Shown one piece after another: positions 29,602 through 39,893 of a stretch of DNA of 64,000 nt (position 1 is the stretch's first letter; every line of letters starts with the position of its first letter). The notes beneath the pieces are model-generated. The model was given only the letters and a program-made list of their open reading frames with translations. It had not been told where the DNA came from and did not search any database. This DNA is from an uncultured delta proteobacterium (GTDB lineage: Bacteria; Desulfobacterota; Binatia; Binatales; Binataceae), in the NCBI GenBank assembly GCA_963783145.1, contig CAWAMM010000009.1, positions 287,717 to 351,716 of the forward strand, read 5' to 3'. Made by a program: the position numbers and the translations under genes.

Positions 29602-30178
29602 GGTTCACGATCCGTCCGATGTCTTCGGCGATCAGCTCCGGGCGCGTGTGGTTGGGAGAAAATTCCGCCTGCAACCCGCCGTCGCCGCGCACCAGGAAGA
29701 ATGCTAACACGTGGTCTATAGAGCCATCGGGCTGACGTTGGCGCTCTACCTTGAAGGCTGATAGCAGCGTGGTCACCTGTTCGGGAGTGCCGGTGAGAAA
29801 TAGCCATCCGTTGCGATTCGCGCCGAACGCCTTGGCATAGCTGAGCAACTTCGGCGGCCCATCGTGCTCGGGATCGATGGTGACCGAGACGAACCGAACC
29901 TTGGTGCCGAAACTGGGTCCCAACTTGTCTGCCACCATCGCCATCCGCTGCGTCATCAGCTCGCAAGGTCCGGGACAGCTGGTATAGATGAAATCAAACA
30001 GCACCGGCGATCCCTTCAATGACGCCAGGTTGACGGCCTGCGCATTCTGATCGGTTAGAGTCAGGTTGGGCAGACAATCCGCCGATGAGACGGGAGCGAT
30101 AGGTGTCGCGCGAGGATTACATGCCGATACCATCGCGAGGATCATCAGCACCATCAGCAGATGAGTGTAGAATCGCAT
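29594..30178 (-). CDS. SCO1/SenC copper chaperone (thioredoxin fold)
   Basis: FIYTSCPGPCE CxxxC motif; signal peptide with lipobox. Confidence 0.8.
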   Translation of the reverse strand: MRFYTHLLMVLMILAMVSACNPRATPIAPVSSADCLPNLTLTDQNAQAVNLASLKGSPVLFDFIYTSCPGPCELMTQRMAMVADKLGPSFGTKVRFVSVTIDPEHDGPPKLLSYAKAFGANRNGWLFLTGTPEQVTTLLSAFKVERQRQPDGSIDHVLAFFLVRGDGGLQAEFSPNHTRPELIAEDIGRIVNHG

Positions 30179-30180
30179 AG

Positions 30181-31947
30181 CTATCTTCGCGAGATAACCG
30201 CCGGTTTCACGCCACTCAATGGTAGGGTAGCGTCGCCTGAGCCGCCGGGTGGCGGAAGTACCATCAAGGGCCGCATCATTTCCTGGTCCTCATGCTCGAG
30301 GATGTGGCAATGCCAAACGTATTGGCCGCTAAAACCTTCGAACTGCGCGATGACCTGAGTTACCAGACCCGGCTCGACGCGGACCGTATCTTTCCATCCC
30401 ATTTCGTTAGGATCAGGAGGCATAGTCGGTCCGGTAAAGACCAGGTTCCCGGTTGCAACATACTGGTCGACATCGAAGGGAGTGCGGCCGGTAATCTGAA
30501 ACCGAATCAGGTGGATATGAATCGGATGTCCATCACCGGTGGTGTTAACCATGTTCCAGATTTCGATGGTGTTCTGAGTAGGTGTCTCGGTGACCGGTTC
30601 ATCCCAGTGTTTCCCATCGAGGAGATCGATCAGCGGGTAACCAAGGTCGTCATCGAACTCGACCAGCGACAGATTGCGCGTCATCACCGCCATCGACGGA
30701 TTGAGCGGTACGATCGTCTGCAGCATCGAAGGCACTACGCTGGTGTCCTTGTGCGCGAGGTGCTTGGCCACTCGGAATTGCATCACCTGAGTGGGGGTGA
30801 TTTGGCCGCCCCCCGGCCACGGCGCGGGAGCGTCGTTGGTTAGCTCGATGCTCTGCCCGGCGAATTGGGAAAAATCCAGCACGATGTCGAAGCGTTCGGC
30901 AGGCGTCATCAGGATGGTTGGCAGGGTGACCGGCGCCTGCAGCAATCCCTGATCGGATCCAATCTGAATGAAGGGCTGACCCGACGACAGACTCATATGA
31001 AGGAAACGCCCGTTACATGCGTTGACGATCCGGAAGCGATACTTTCGCGGCTGCACGTTGAGGAACGGCATCACCTTGCCATTAACCATCATCACGTTGC
31101 CGAAGTACTCGGGCACGTGCGGGACCGACGGATTGCCTGACACCGGATAGTTGAACTGCCCGTTCGGATCGAATGATCGATCGAAAATCACCAGCGGAAT
31201 CTCGAATTGGCCGCTGGGCAGATTCAGCGCGGCTTCGGTCTGGTCGCGAATGAAGAACACCCCGACCAGCCCCGCGAAAACATTGAGCCGCGTGATGCCG
31301 AGCGCGTGGTCATGGTACCAGAGCATGGTCGGGTCCATCTGGTTGGGGTAGAAGTAGTTCGCCTGATTTCCCGGGGTGAACCAGGCCTCGGGAAAGCCGT
31401 CGCTATCGGGTTGAACCTTGGCTCCGTGCAGATGCACCACGTTGCGTACGTCTGGATTGCTGGTCTGGGCGCCGTGGACGGTGTGATCGATGGGCAGGAA
31501 ATGCTGGGTCGGCAACGCGCTAATCCAGTTGACGAAGATCGATTGGTTGCTCATCGTCTCGAAGGTCGGACCGGGAACCAGACCGTTGTAGCCCCACAGC
31601 AGGGTCGGCTTCAGATCGCGATGCAGCTTGAGATGCACCTGCTTCATGGTGATGGAGTAGACCGGCGACAGTCCCGGTGACCCATCGAGCGGCGGTTGCG
31701 ACCCGGTGGGGCGCGCGACCGGCATGATCGGCAGCGGATCGACGAACGGTTTCAACGCGTAGGGGTCGAGTAGTGCCCTCTCCCATACGTACTTGAGCTT
31801 ATGATTGTGGCGCGGGCTGGCGAGAAAAGCCGAACTGGTGAGGGAGCCGCCTTTGCAGAATTCCCGCAACCCCACCGACAGCGAGGCGCCGAACATTAGC
31901 CCGCCTTTGAGGAACTCGCGACGATCGATCAGCCGGAGCTTTTTCAT
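30181..31947 (-). CDS. Multicopper oxidase, Tat-exported
   Basis: Twin-arginine RREFLKGG signal; HCHILEHEDQEMM copper site; HLHG site. Confidence 0.85.
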   Translation of the reverse strand: MKKLRLIDRREFLKGGLMFGASLSVGLREFCKGGSLTSSAFLASPRHNHKLKYVWERALLDPYALKPFVDPLPIMPVARPTGSQPPLDGSPGLSPVYSITMKQVHLKLHRDLKPTLLWGYNGLVPGPTFETMSNQSIFVNWISALPTQHFLPIDHTVHGAQTSNPDVRNVVHLHGAKVQPDSDGFPEAWFTPGNQANYFYPNQMDPTMLWYHDHALGITRLNVFAGLVGVFFIRDQTEAALNLPSGQFEIPLVIFDRSFDPNGQFNYPVSGNPSVPHVPEYFGNVMMVNGKVMPFLNVQPRKYRFRIVNACNGRFLHMSLSSGQPFIQIGSDQGLLQAPVTLPTILMTPAERFDIVLDFSQFAGQSIELTNDAPAPWPGGGQITPTQVMQFRVAKHLAHKDTSVVPSMLQTIVPLNPSMAVMTRNLSLVEFDDDLGYPLIDLLDGKHWDEPVTETPTQNTIEIWNMVNTTGDGHPIHIHLIRFQITGRTPFDVDQYVATGNLVFTGPTMPPDPNEMGWKDTVRVEPGLVTQVIAQFEGFSGQYVWHCHILEHEDQEMMRPLMVLPPPGGSGDATLPLSGVKPAVISRR

Positions 31948-32255
31948 TTAGACAAACAAACGCCTTAAAATCGGACCAAACACTCGATGACGCCAGGATG
32001 CGTCGGCAGGCGCAATTAAAATCACGCCGCGACTTCAAGATCAAGCCGGTGATGCTCAACTGCTGGGCATCAACCCGTGCTCTTTTCGTTGAAACAGCGA
32101 GCCTCGCTCAACTAAACTTTCTGACTGATAAAGTTACAGCTTGCATTACAACGCGCACCAGACTAACTTTCGGCTATGGTTAGCGCGGATTCCTTCCACT
32201 GCGAGGGCTAACTTTCTCGTAAGAAGGAAACTTACTTGTTGGAGTAGCCAGCGCG

Positions 32256-35200
32256 ATGCCGCAGTCAGGCACGGTCACGCTTATGTTCACGGATCTCGTG
32301 AACTCGACTGCACTCTTGCAGCAGTCTGGCGATGAGAGCGGCGCGGATCTTTTCCAGTTCCATCACAAGCTTCTTTCCGAGGCGATTAGCGCCACCGGCG
32401 GGGACGAGCTGGAATGGCTCGGCGACGGTGTGCTGGCGGCATTTTCATCCACGGCCGACGCGGTCCGCTGCGCGATTGCGATCCAGCAAAATACGCGACG
32501 CCCGACCGGCGGCACTCGCTTCGAGATTCGGATCGGAATTCATTTGGGCGAAGTTCTGCGCCGCGATGGAGGCTACTTCGGCACTCCCATCGTAACTGCG
32601 CGGCGCTTGTGCGATCGCGCCACCAGCGGACAAATTCTCTGCAGTCGCTTGATCGCGAACGTCCTCGCCTCGCGCCAGACCTTCAGCTTCCACGAGCTGG
32701 GAGATTTCCAGCTAAAAGGCCTCACCGCGCCGGTCGGCGTTTGCGAGGTCGTCTACGAAAGCGGCGATCCCGCCGCCTTGCTCAACCGCACCCCTTTCGT
32801 TGGGCGGACCGAGCAACTCGATCGGTTGTCGGCCAGGCTCAGCGAAGCCGTCAAAGGACGCGGCGCGGTCGCGATGCTCCGCGGCGAGCCCGGGATCGGC
32901 AAAACCCGCACCCTCGAGGAATTTGCCGATCGCGCACGCCATCAGGGCGCGGTGGTTCTGCAAGGTTCCTGTTACGACGGCGAATGGCACCCACCATATG
33001 GCCCGTTTGCGGAGGCGATCCTCGGTTACGCACGTGAAGCTCCCGACCGCTTCACCGACGCGATCGGAAAACGCGCGCCGATCCTCGCGCGCATCGCTCC
33101 GGCCCTGCACGACACCCTCGGCGATATTCCGGAACCGGTCGCGGTCGACAAGGAAGATGAACGCTTCCGCTTGTTCGATGCGGTCGCGCAATTTCTGATC
33201 GCGGTTTCGCAGCACAAGCCCCTGGTTCTCATCCTCGACGATTTGCATTGGTCCGACCGTGGCGTGATCTCGATGCTGAGTCATGTCGCGCACTTCGTTC
33301 CCGAGAATCCGATTTTACTCATCGGCGCGTACCGCGACGCCGAAGTCGATCGCAAACATCCGCTGTCCGGTGCGCTCGCGAGCCTGAGTCGCTTGCGCAG
33401 CTTTGAAAGTCTCCCGCTCAAGGGCCTTGAAGGTAAGGAACTTGCCGATCTGCTGGAACTGGTCGGCGATCAAAATGCGCCGAAGGAACTGGTCGAGGCG
33501 CTCAGCGAGGCTACCGAGGGCAATCCACTCTTCATTCGCGAGGTGCTCCTGCATCTGCTGGAAGAGGGAAAAATCCTGCGCGATGGCCGGGGCTGGAGCT
33601 CCAATCTCAGCATCGCCGAATTGGGCATCCCCGAAGGCGTGCGCCAGGTTATCGGCCGCCGCCTGCAGCGACTATCCGATCAGGCCAATCAGCTGCTCTC
33701 GGTGGCCTCGGCCTTTAACGGTGCGTTCGACTTCGAGATTGCCGCCGCGGTCGCCCAACTCGATGAACCGGTGGCGCTTAGCGCGATCGATGAAGCGCTG
33801 GAGGCGCAACTGCTGAAGCCGGGGGCCAGGTCGGAGAGCTTCGATTTCTCGCATGCGATGATTCGCCACACTCTTTATGGCGAACTTAACCCCGCGCGGC
33901 GGGTCCGGCTCCATCGCAAGATCGCCGAAGAAATGGAGCGCGTGTGGGGCGAGAAGGCCGCGCATCATGCCGCCGAAGTGGCATTTCACTTCTGGCAGGG
34001 CGCCGCCGCCTCCGTTGGTGCCGCCAAAGGTGTCGAGTATGCCATCGCGGCGGCGAACAATGCCGAGTCCGCCTACGCTCATGACGATGTCGCGGCGTTT
34101 TTGCGCATCGCGCTGGAATTGCTTCCCACCAACGATCCCCGGCGGCCTCGCCTCATGGCGCGGATGGCATCCGCGATGACCTGGACGCTGGCCGGCGAAG
34201 ATGCGATCAAGATCGCGCTGGAAGCTGCCGGTCTAATCGCCACCGCCGAAGGCGCCGATCATGCGGCGGACTATTGCGAGGCGGCGGCGCGCGACATGCT
34301 GGGGGCCGGCCAGATGTCGTCTGCGTTCGACCTGGCCAAAGCGGGCTTGCGCTACATCGGTGAACGGCGCGATATCACCTGGGCCAGCCTGGACGAGATC
34401 GACGGTTACCGCACCGACAACGAGGACCCCACCAATCCTGGCATCAGCATGGACACCGAGCGCTTGCGCATCCGCCGCGCGGTCCTCAAGAAGATTCCCT
34501 CCGAGCAGGCTACCGCGCGCAGGATCGATGAATATCCATACGACTCGCGCGCGGAAGTTATTCGCGATCCAAACTGTGACAACATCCCTCTGCTGTTTCT
34601 CGGCGGTGATTGTCGGCGCAGCCTTCCTATCTGGCAGCGGCGCGCAGCCGACGCGGAACGCAGCGGACGCATCGCGCCGGCGCTGGACGCGTGGGCCTTC
34701 ACCGCTCACTGCCAGATCGCGCTGGGTGATTTCACCGCCGCGCGCGCGGCTTATGATCGCGCGGTCGCGATGTCCGCGCGAGTCAATCGCGTCGCGCTTC
34801 CGCTGCTGAATCTGGTCTCGGTGCGCTTCGAATTTCTGATCGCGCTCGACAGTGGTTTCGATGAGATGGGTCAGTTCCCTGGCGAAGCGGAACTCTACGC
34901 CAACCCGCCACCGCAATTCCGCTGGGCCATGGTCGCCGGCTTTGCCAGCAACGCTCACATCCTGGCGCAGCGCAATCTGGTGGACCCCGCGCTAAGTTTG
35001 CTCGAGCGGGTTCGCGACGGACTCCTGCGCGGAGCGGCGTGGGGACTGAGTTATGGCGTTGCCGCGGGTGATGCGGCTTCTATCCTGTGGTTGCTCAATC
35101 GCACGGACCATATCGACGTCATCGAAGCGAGTATTCGGGACAAGGTTTTGGGTCCCGATTTTCGCTTTCCGATGCGTGACGGCAGGCTCTCGATGGCGCG

Positions 35201-35480
35201 GCTGTGCGCGCTTCAGGGCCGCTATGATGAGGCCTCCAGCTGGTTTACCAAGGCGCGTCAGGTGCTGGACGAGGAAGGCTGGCGTCCTTTGCGCGCGATT
35301 GCGGACTACGATGAAGCGCTGATGTACCTGCGTCGCGGTGGACCCGGAGATAACTTGCGCGCGCAGCCACTGCTGGTGAAGGCGTTGCAACAATTTCGCA
35401 CCCTCGACATGCCCGGATGGATCAAGCGCGCCGAGCAGGCCTCCGAGCCAAAGACCATCCCTACCAGTCTGGCCTCCTAG
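32256..35480 (+). CDS. Class III adenylate/guanylate cyclase domain + AAA+ (STAND-like) ATPase + TPR-like repeats regulator
   Basis: N-terminal cyclase domain (MFTDLVNSTAL...WLGDGV...IGIHLGEV); Walker A GEPGIGKT; 1074 aa; helical repeat C-terminus. Confidence 0.8.
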   Translation: MPQSGTVTLMFTDLVNSTALLQQSGDESGADLFQFHHKLLSEAISATGGDELEWLGDGVLAAFSSTADAVRCAIAIQQNTRRPTGGTRFEIRIGIHLGEVLRRDGGYFGTPIVTARRLCDRATSGQILCSRLIANVLASRQTFSFHELGDFQLKGLTAPVGVCEVVYESGDPAALLNRTPFVGRTEQLDRLSARLSEAVKGRGAVAMLRGEPGIGKTRTLEEFADRARHQGAVVLQGSCYDGEWHPPYGPFAEAILGYAREAPDRFTDAIGKRAPILARIAPALHDTLGDIPEPVAVDKEDERFRLFDAVAQFLIAVSQHKPLVLILDDLHWSDRGVISMLSHVAHFVPENPILLIGAYRDAEVDRKHPLSGALASLSRLRSFESLPLKGLEGKELADLLELVGDQNAPKELVEALSEATEGNPLFIREVLLHLLEEGKILRDGRGWSSNLSIAELGIPEGVRQVIGRRLQRLSDQANQLLSVASAFNGAFDFEIAAAVAQLDEPVALSAIDEALEAQLLKPGARSESFDFSHAMIRHTLYGELNPARRVRLHRKIAEEMERVWGEKAAHHAAEVAFHFWQGAAASVGAAKGVEYAIAAANNAESAYAHDDVAAFLRIALELLPTNDPRRPRLMARMASAMTWTLAGEDAIKIALEAAGLIATAEGADHAADYCEAAARDMLGAGQMSSAFDLAKAGLRYIGERRDITWASLDEIDGYRTDNEDPTNPGISMDTERLRIRRAVLKKIPSEQATARRIDEYPYDSRAEVIRDPNCDNIPLLFLGGDCRRSLPIWQRRAADAERSGRIAPALDAWAFTAHCQIALGDFTAARAAYDRAVAMSARVNRVALPLLNLVSVRFEFLIALDSGFDEMGQFPGEAELYANPPPQFRWAMVAGFASNAHILAQRNLVDPALSLLERVRDGLLRGAAWGLSYGVAAGDAASILWLLNRTDHIDVIEASIRDKVLGPDFRFPMRDGRLSMARLCALQGRYDEASSWFTKARQVLDEEGWRPLRAIADYDEALMYLRRGGPGDNLRAQPLLVKALQQFRTLDMPGWIKRAEQASEPKTIPTSLAS

Positions 35481-35774
35481 TCCCAGCCCCGCACATAGGT
35501 GCGTGGCCTGTGGATTAGATTTACCCGCTACCAACCGCTAGCTGGCTGTCTGGAACCCGAAAACCCGCGCTTCCGCGCGGTGTTAACAAAACTGCCAGTC
35601 TAGAGTGGACAAAAGAATCACGATTTGCTAACCACTCGCGAACGGCAACAGTGTGTGGGGGTTGCCTGGGGAGTCGACATAGTCCGCGCGTGACCTGACG
35701 AAGAGTCCGGCAGTGGCGGGCGCTGGATACGAATCCAGTACCACGGATTAGCATTTTTTCTACGGGAGGGGAAA

Positions 35775-37301
35775 ATGCGGCGATTCCCTAGGTATCTTAT
35801 TGCCGGCGGGCTGGTGGCCTGCCTCGTTGCGGTCAGTTGTTCTTTCAACGAACCCCGGATCCGTTCCGAACCGGTCATTCTTCAGCCGCAAGGATATAAC
35901 AATAAGATTCCGCTTTCGGCAGGAGCGGTCCCAACGGCAACTGCTGCGGTGCCAGGCAGCGTGGCTCCCCTTTCGACATCCAGTGAGGAAGAGGGAGAGG
36001 ACGCAGCAAGCCTGGATACGCGATGCCAGGAAAAAACTGCCTGGTATACGCGCTGGTTGGGTTGCATGGTTGGAGGAACCGCCGGCAACGAATGTGTGTA
36101 TGAGGTCGTAACGGAAGACAGTCTCGATAGAGCACTCCTTTCGCCAAGTCAGGCGACTCGGGACAACGCCATTTTGACCGTCCTCTATCTGTCAGATCGA
36201 AGTTGCGCAAACTTTCGCGCCAAAGTGTTCGCTTTTCGTACCAGCGCAAGTTTTGCCGGCGGATTTTTTAATTCCATTCTGTCCGGTACCTCCGCGATTA
36301 CGGCTCTCGTAAGTGGCCCTGCCGGTTCAGCCTTGTCGGCCGCCAACTTGGCAACCGGGAGCGCCCTGAACGGAATCAACTCCAGCTACTACGCGAACAA
36401 GATGATGGATCAACTAGACGCGGAAATGGACGCTCAGCGTAACGCTCTTAAAGCGCAAATCCTGGCGCACATCCCGCCGCAAAACTCGGGCGGGCAAGAT
36501 GGCGGAAACGGCTCGCCAGTTCCGACTCCTACGGCCGCCGCCAGACCCTATAGCGGCCTCGATGCCAAATTGGATCTCCAAGCCTACGACAATCTTTGTT
36601 CACTGGAGACCTTGACCCACTCCGTGACCGCCACTCCAACACCTACGGCCACCGCTACGCCGGCCGCTACTCCCACCTCTAATGCTCTGGTCTTCAATCC
36701 CGGCAAGTTAAACATGAGCGTTGAGTGGGGGAACGCGACCCCCGACGCTGTCAGCGCTTCAGTAAAGCTTGGTAACCCACTTCCGACGCCTGTTACTGTC
36801 ACGGCTGTTGCGAAGTCAGGCGCCGGTGCCGCCGCCTTCACGCCAGGAGCGTGCTCGACCCCGATTACGGCTAATGGTGGATCTTGCACGCTTTCAGTTT
36901 CATTCTTGCCCCCCTCCGCGACCGGTAGTCCTTGGAACGCGTCCATTGCAGTGACGGATGACGCACCGGGAAAAGCAACGCCACTACAAGTCAGAGGGAT
37001 GGTCAAGGTCGCTCTCTTGAAAGCTCCCGAGTCAGTCAAACTACTCAAAGAAAATACTGCCTATGCATTTACATTGGAGAATACAGGTAAGACGGCCACA
37101 GTTCAGATAGACAGCATAACGCCCAGCGATAGTATTTTCAGCGTGGCGACCAATAACTGTACGACTATTACGCACGGGGCTTCCTGCCAATCGGCCGTCA
37201 CGCTCACCTCGTCCCCTTGTAAACCCGGCAAGCTGACTGTTGCTTACGACACGACCGAGACAAAACAGACAAAAAATATCACACTTGCGTGTTCTCATTG
37301 A
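35775..37301 (+). CDS. Lipoprotein with conserved 4-Cys N-domain, T/P-rich linker and Ig-like C-terminal domains
   Basis: Lipobox VAVSC; N-domain paralogous to the 38525-39193 product. Confidence 0.5.
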   Translation: MRRFPRYLIAGGLVACLVAVSCSFNEPRIRSEPVILQPQGYNNKIPLSAGAVPTATAAVPGSVAPLSTSSEEEGEDAASLDTRCQEKTAWYTRWLGCMVGGTAGNECVYEVVTEDSLDRALLSPSQATRDNAILTVLYLSDRSCANFRAKVFAFRTSASFAGGFFNSILSGTSAITALVSGPAGSALSAANLATGSALNGINSSYYANKMMDQLDAEMDAQRNALKAQILAHIPPQNSGGQDGGNGSPVPTPTAAARPYSGLDAKLDLQAYDNLCSLETLTHSVTATPTPTATATPAATPTSNALVFNPGKLNMSVEWGNATPDAVSASVKLGNPLPTPVTVTAVAKSGAGAAAFTPGACSTPITANGGSCTLSVSFLPPSATGSPWNASIAVTDDAPGKATPLQVRGMVKVALLKAPESVKLLKENTAYAFTLENTGKTATVQIDSITPSDSIFSVATNNCTTITHGASCQSAVTLTSSPCKPGKLTVAYDTTETKQTKNITLACSH

Positions 37302-37431
37302 GTAAAAAGCGATCGGCTGGACGAACTCTGGAAGGCGAATGATCTTTTGTGAAAGCTCGAACGGAAGCTCGGGGAAAAGAGTGGCTACGGTAGCGATTCG
37401 AAACAATCGATGTGGTAGGCCTGGGGCCTCG

Positions 37432-38430
37432 ATGAGGACCGCGTTTTGTTGCCTCGCAATTGCTTTGCTTGCGGTGTTCCCTTCGACTTGGGCGTTGGCG
37501 CAGACCCCGATCACAACCTGCGGCACCAATATTACCACCGCGGGCTTTTACTTCCTTCCATCCCAGATCGACTGTAGCCAGACCGCCAACCAGGTCGCGA
37601 TCGCGGTGAACGCCAGTGGCGTCGATCTCAATCTCAATGGTCAAACCATTATAGGTTCACCTGTCGGTGGCAACGCGGTCGCGGTCGCGCTCGGGACTAC
37701 CGCAACCGATTGCTCTTTAGCAACCGGGGCAATCGCCAATGTCAGAGTACATGGTGTAATGGCGACCATGGACATCTCCACGGCAATCATTGCTTGTCAA
37801 ACCAGCAATTCCATTTTTGATCATGTTACGATCGACGGTCCTGCTGACGGGATCGTGCTCGAAGAAAAATCCAACAATAATTTTGTGCTGGCCAATACCA
37901 TCACTGCCTCCGACATCGGAATTCAAATCGGCGCAAACAACGACGGATCGGACTCTGACACCACCAACAGCATCGAAGGCAACACCATAATAACGCCATC
38001 TAAGGTGAGCCAGTCACCTAGCCCTCCGGAGACCGCGGGAATCCTGCTCTATACCGGCGCTACGGAAACTCAGGTCACTGCCAATACCGTGATGAACGGC
38101 TGGCTCAATGGGATTGACCTAAGACGCTGCGCCTCACCGGTGGGTCATTCACCCTGCGATAGCGGACCGAGCGGGAATTTCCTTCAACAGAATATATCAA
38201 ATGGAAACATTACCGGCATCAGGCTTTCCGGAGCGGCCGGCAATCGCATCCAGGACAACAACGCAAAGAACAATCAGACTGGAAAAGATATGGCGGGCGT
38301 CATCGACGACAACAATAGCGCACCTCGCAAACCATGCGCTAACACCTGGGTGGACAACTTCTACGACGGAAAACTGGGCAAACTGCGGTGCATTCCAGGC
38401 AGCAAGCGCAATTCAGTTTCCGGGAACTGA
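37432..38430 (+). CDS. Secreted right-handed parallel beta-helix repeat protein
   Basis: Signal peptide MRTAFCCLAIALLAVFPSTWALA; repeated N/G/T-rich beta-helix coils (NxI/GI motifs). Confidence 0.5.
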   Translation: MRTAFCCLAIALLAVFPSTWALAQTPITTCGTNITTAGFYFLPSQIDCSQTANQVAIAVNASGVDLNLNGQTIIGSPVGGNAVAVALGTTATDCSLATGAIANVRVHGVMATMDISTAIIACQTSNSIFDHVTIDGPADGIVLEEKSNNNFVLANTITASDIGIQIGANNDGSDSDTTNSIEGNTIITPSKVSQSPSPPETAGILLYTGATETQVTANTVMNGWLNGIDLRRCASPVGHSPCDSGPSGNFLQQNISNGNITGIRLSGAAGNRIQDNNAKNNQTGKDMAGVIDDNNSAPRKPCANTWVDNFYDGKLGKLRCIPGSKRNSVSGN

Positions 38431-38524
38431 GGTCGATCCGTTCGAGGATAGCAGCTTTCGCGATTACTGTTTGCAAAAGCATTGGCCGTCGTCTCATTGC
38501 AGGAGCTTCTGTGGGGATCCGAGA

Positions 38525-39193
38525 ATGCTTCGATTCTCGACCTACGCGATTCTGGCCGGGCTGGCCGCTTCCCTTTGGATGGTGGGCTGCGGCTTGAATG
38601 GAACTAAGAACTGTTGCGAACCGACACTGATTCATCAAACTAGCACTCAACCACTGTCGCCGCCCGCGTCCGGGGCACTCGAAGTGACGTGCGAGCAGTA
38701 CAACTCATGGTACTCGCGCTGGTGGAGCCGCTCCTTTGGAGGGAGCCCGGCCAATGAATGCGTGCATGAAGTGGTGACCGAGGAAAGCCTCGCGAACGCG
38801 CTGGCCGGCAGTCAAGACCTACGCGATGACGCCATCCTGACGGTGCTTTATATATCGGATCGCAATTGCGATAACTTCCGCGCAAACCGCTTCGCCTCCT
38901 GCACCGCCAGGACCTACGTGGAAGGAGTCGCGACTTCCTTCCAGGTGGGCGCATCCGCGGCCAAGTTCCTCGCGCTCGGTTCGAGGGCATCGGCAGACGC
39001 GGCCCGGCTGGCAGCATCTAAGAATATTCTCAGCGAAAACTGCGTCGCCACAACGGATGCTCGACGAGCGCAGCTGAGATCGCAGATTCTGGCCGGCCTC
39101 GGGAATTCGAATGACGATGCTGAATCCAATCTCAAGACTTATGACGGCCTCTGCTGCGTTTCTCCACCAACAGGTCCGGCTAGCGCTCAATGA
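38525..39193 (+). CDS. Lipoprotein paralog sharing the 4-Cys domain
   Basis: Signal plus Cys (LWMVGC). Shares with the 35775 product: C-x3-WY(T/S)RW, NECV(Y/H)EVVTE(D/E)SL, RD(N/D)AILTVLY(L/I)SDR(S/N)C(A/D)NFRA, QILA. Confidence 0.5.
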   Translation: MLRFSTYAILAGLAASLWMVGCGLNGTKNCCEPTLIHQTSTQPLSPPASGALEVTCEQYNSWYSRWWSRSFGGSPANECVHEVVTEESLANALAGSQDLRDDAILTVLYISDRNCDNFRANRFASCTARTYVEGVATSFQVGASAAKFLALGSRASADAARLAASKNILSENCVATTDARRAQLRSQILAGLGNSNDDAESNLKTYDGLCCVSPPTGPASAQ

Positions 39194-39199
39194 TACCAT

Positions 39200-39745
39200 C
39201 TAGCTCCCCGAGGCCTTCTGCTTGTCCGCGCGCGCGATAGACTTAAGGATCTCCTTAGCCGCCTCCTTAACGTTCATCCAGCGCATGATCCGCACCCATT
39301 TGCCGGCTTCCAGGTCCTTGTAGTGCTGGAAGAAATGCGCGATCTGATTGCGCAGCATCGCCGGCAGGTCAGTATAGTTCTCCACCTTGCTGTAGTAAGG
39401 GTTCAACTCGTCCACCGGCACCGCGATGATCTTGTCGTCGCCGCCCGCCTCGTCCTGCATCATCAGGATCCCGATGGGCCGGCACCTGATGATCGCGGTT
39501 GCCATCACCGGGACCTGCGTCACCACCATGATGTCGAGCGGATCACCGTCGCGCGAGAGCGTATGCGGGATGAAGCCATAGTTGGCCGGATACACCATCG
39601 AGGTATGCAGGAAGCGATCGACGAACAGGGTGCCCGAAGCCTTGTCGAGTTCATACTTGATGGGAAGGCCGCCTTGCGGGATTTCGATTATCGCATTGAC
39701 ATCGAAGGGCGGATTCCGCCCGATCGGAATTTTGCTGATGTCCAT
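39200..39745 (-). CDS. ppa: Inorganic pyrophosphatase
   Basis: Family I PPase sequence (DPLDIMV..., 181 aa). Confidence 0.9.
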   Translation of the reverse strand: MDISKIPIGRNPPFDVNAIIEIPQGGLPIKYELDKASGTLFVDRFLHTSMVYPANYGFIPHTLSRDGDPLDIMVVTQVPVMATAIIRCRPIGILMMQDEAGGDDKIIAVPVDELNPYYSKVENYTDLPAMLRNQIAHFFQHYKDLEAGKWVRIMRWMNVKEAAKEILKSIARADKQKASGS

Positions 39746-39893
39746 GGCGCAAGCTTAAACGGACGACCCGCGGAGTGCGAGTGAAATCGCCACTATGGGT
39801 CACGTCGCATCGCAGAATCAAGGCGCGCCCTCGCGTTGAACCCAGCCTGGAAAAGGTTTTGCCACTCGGTGTGATGAGGTTTAAAATTCCCTC

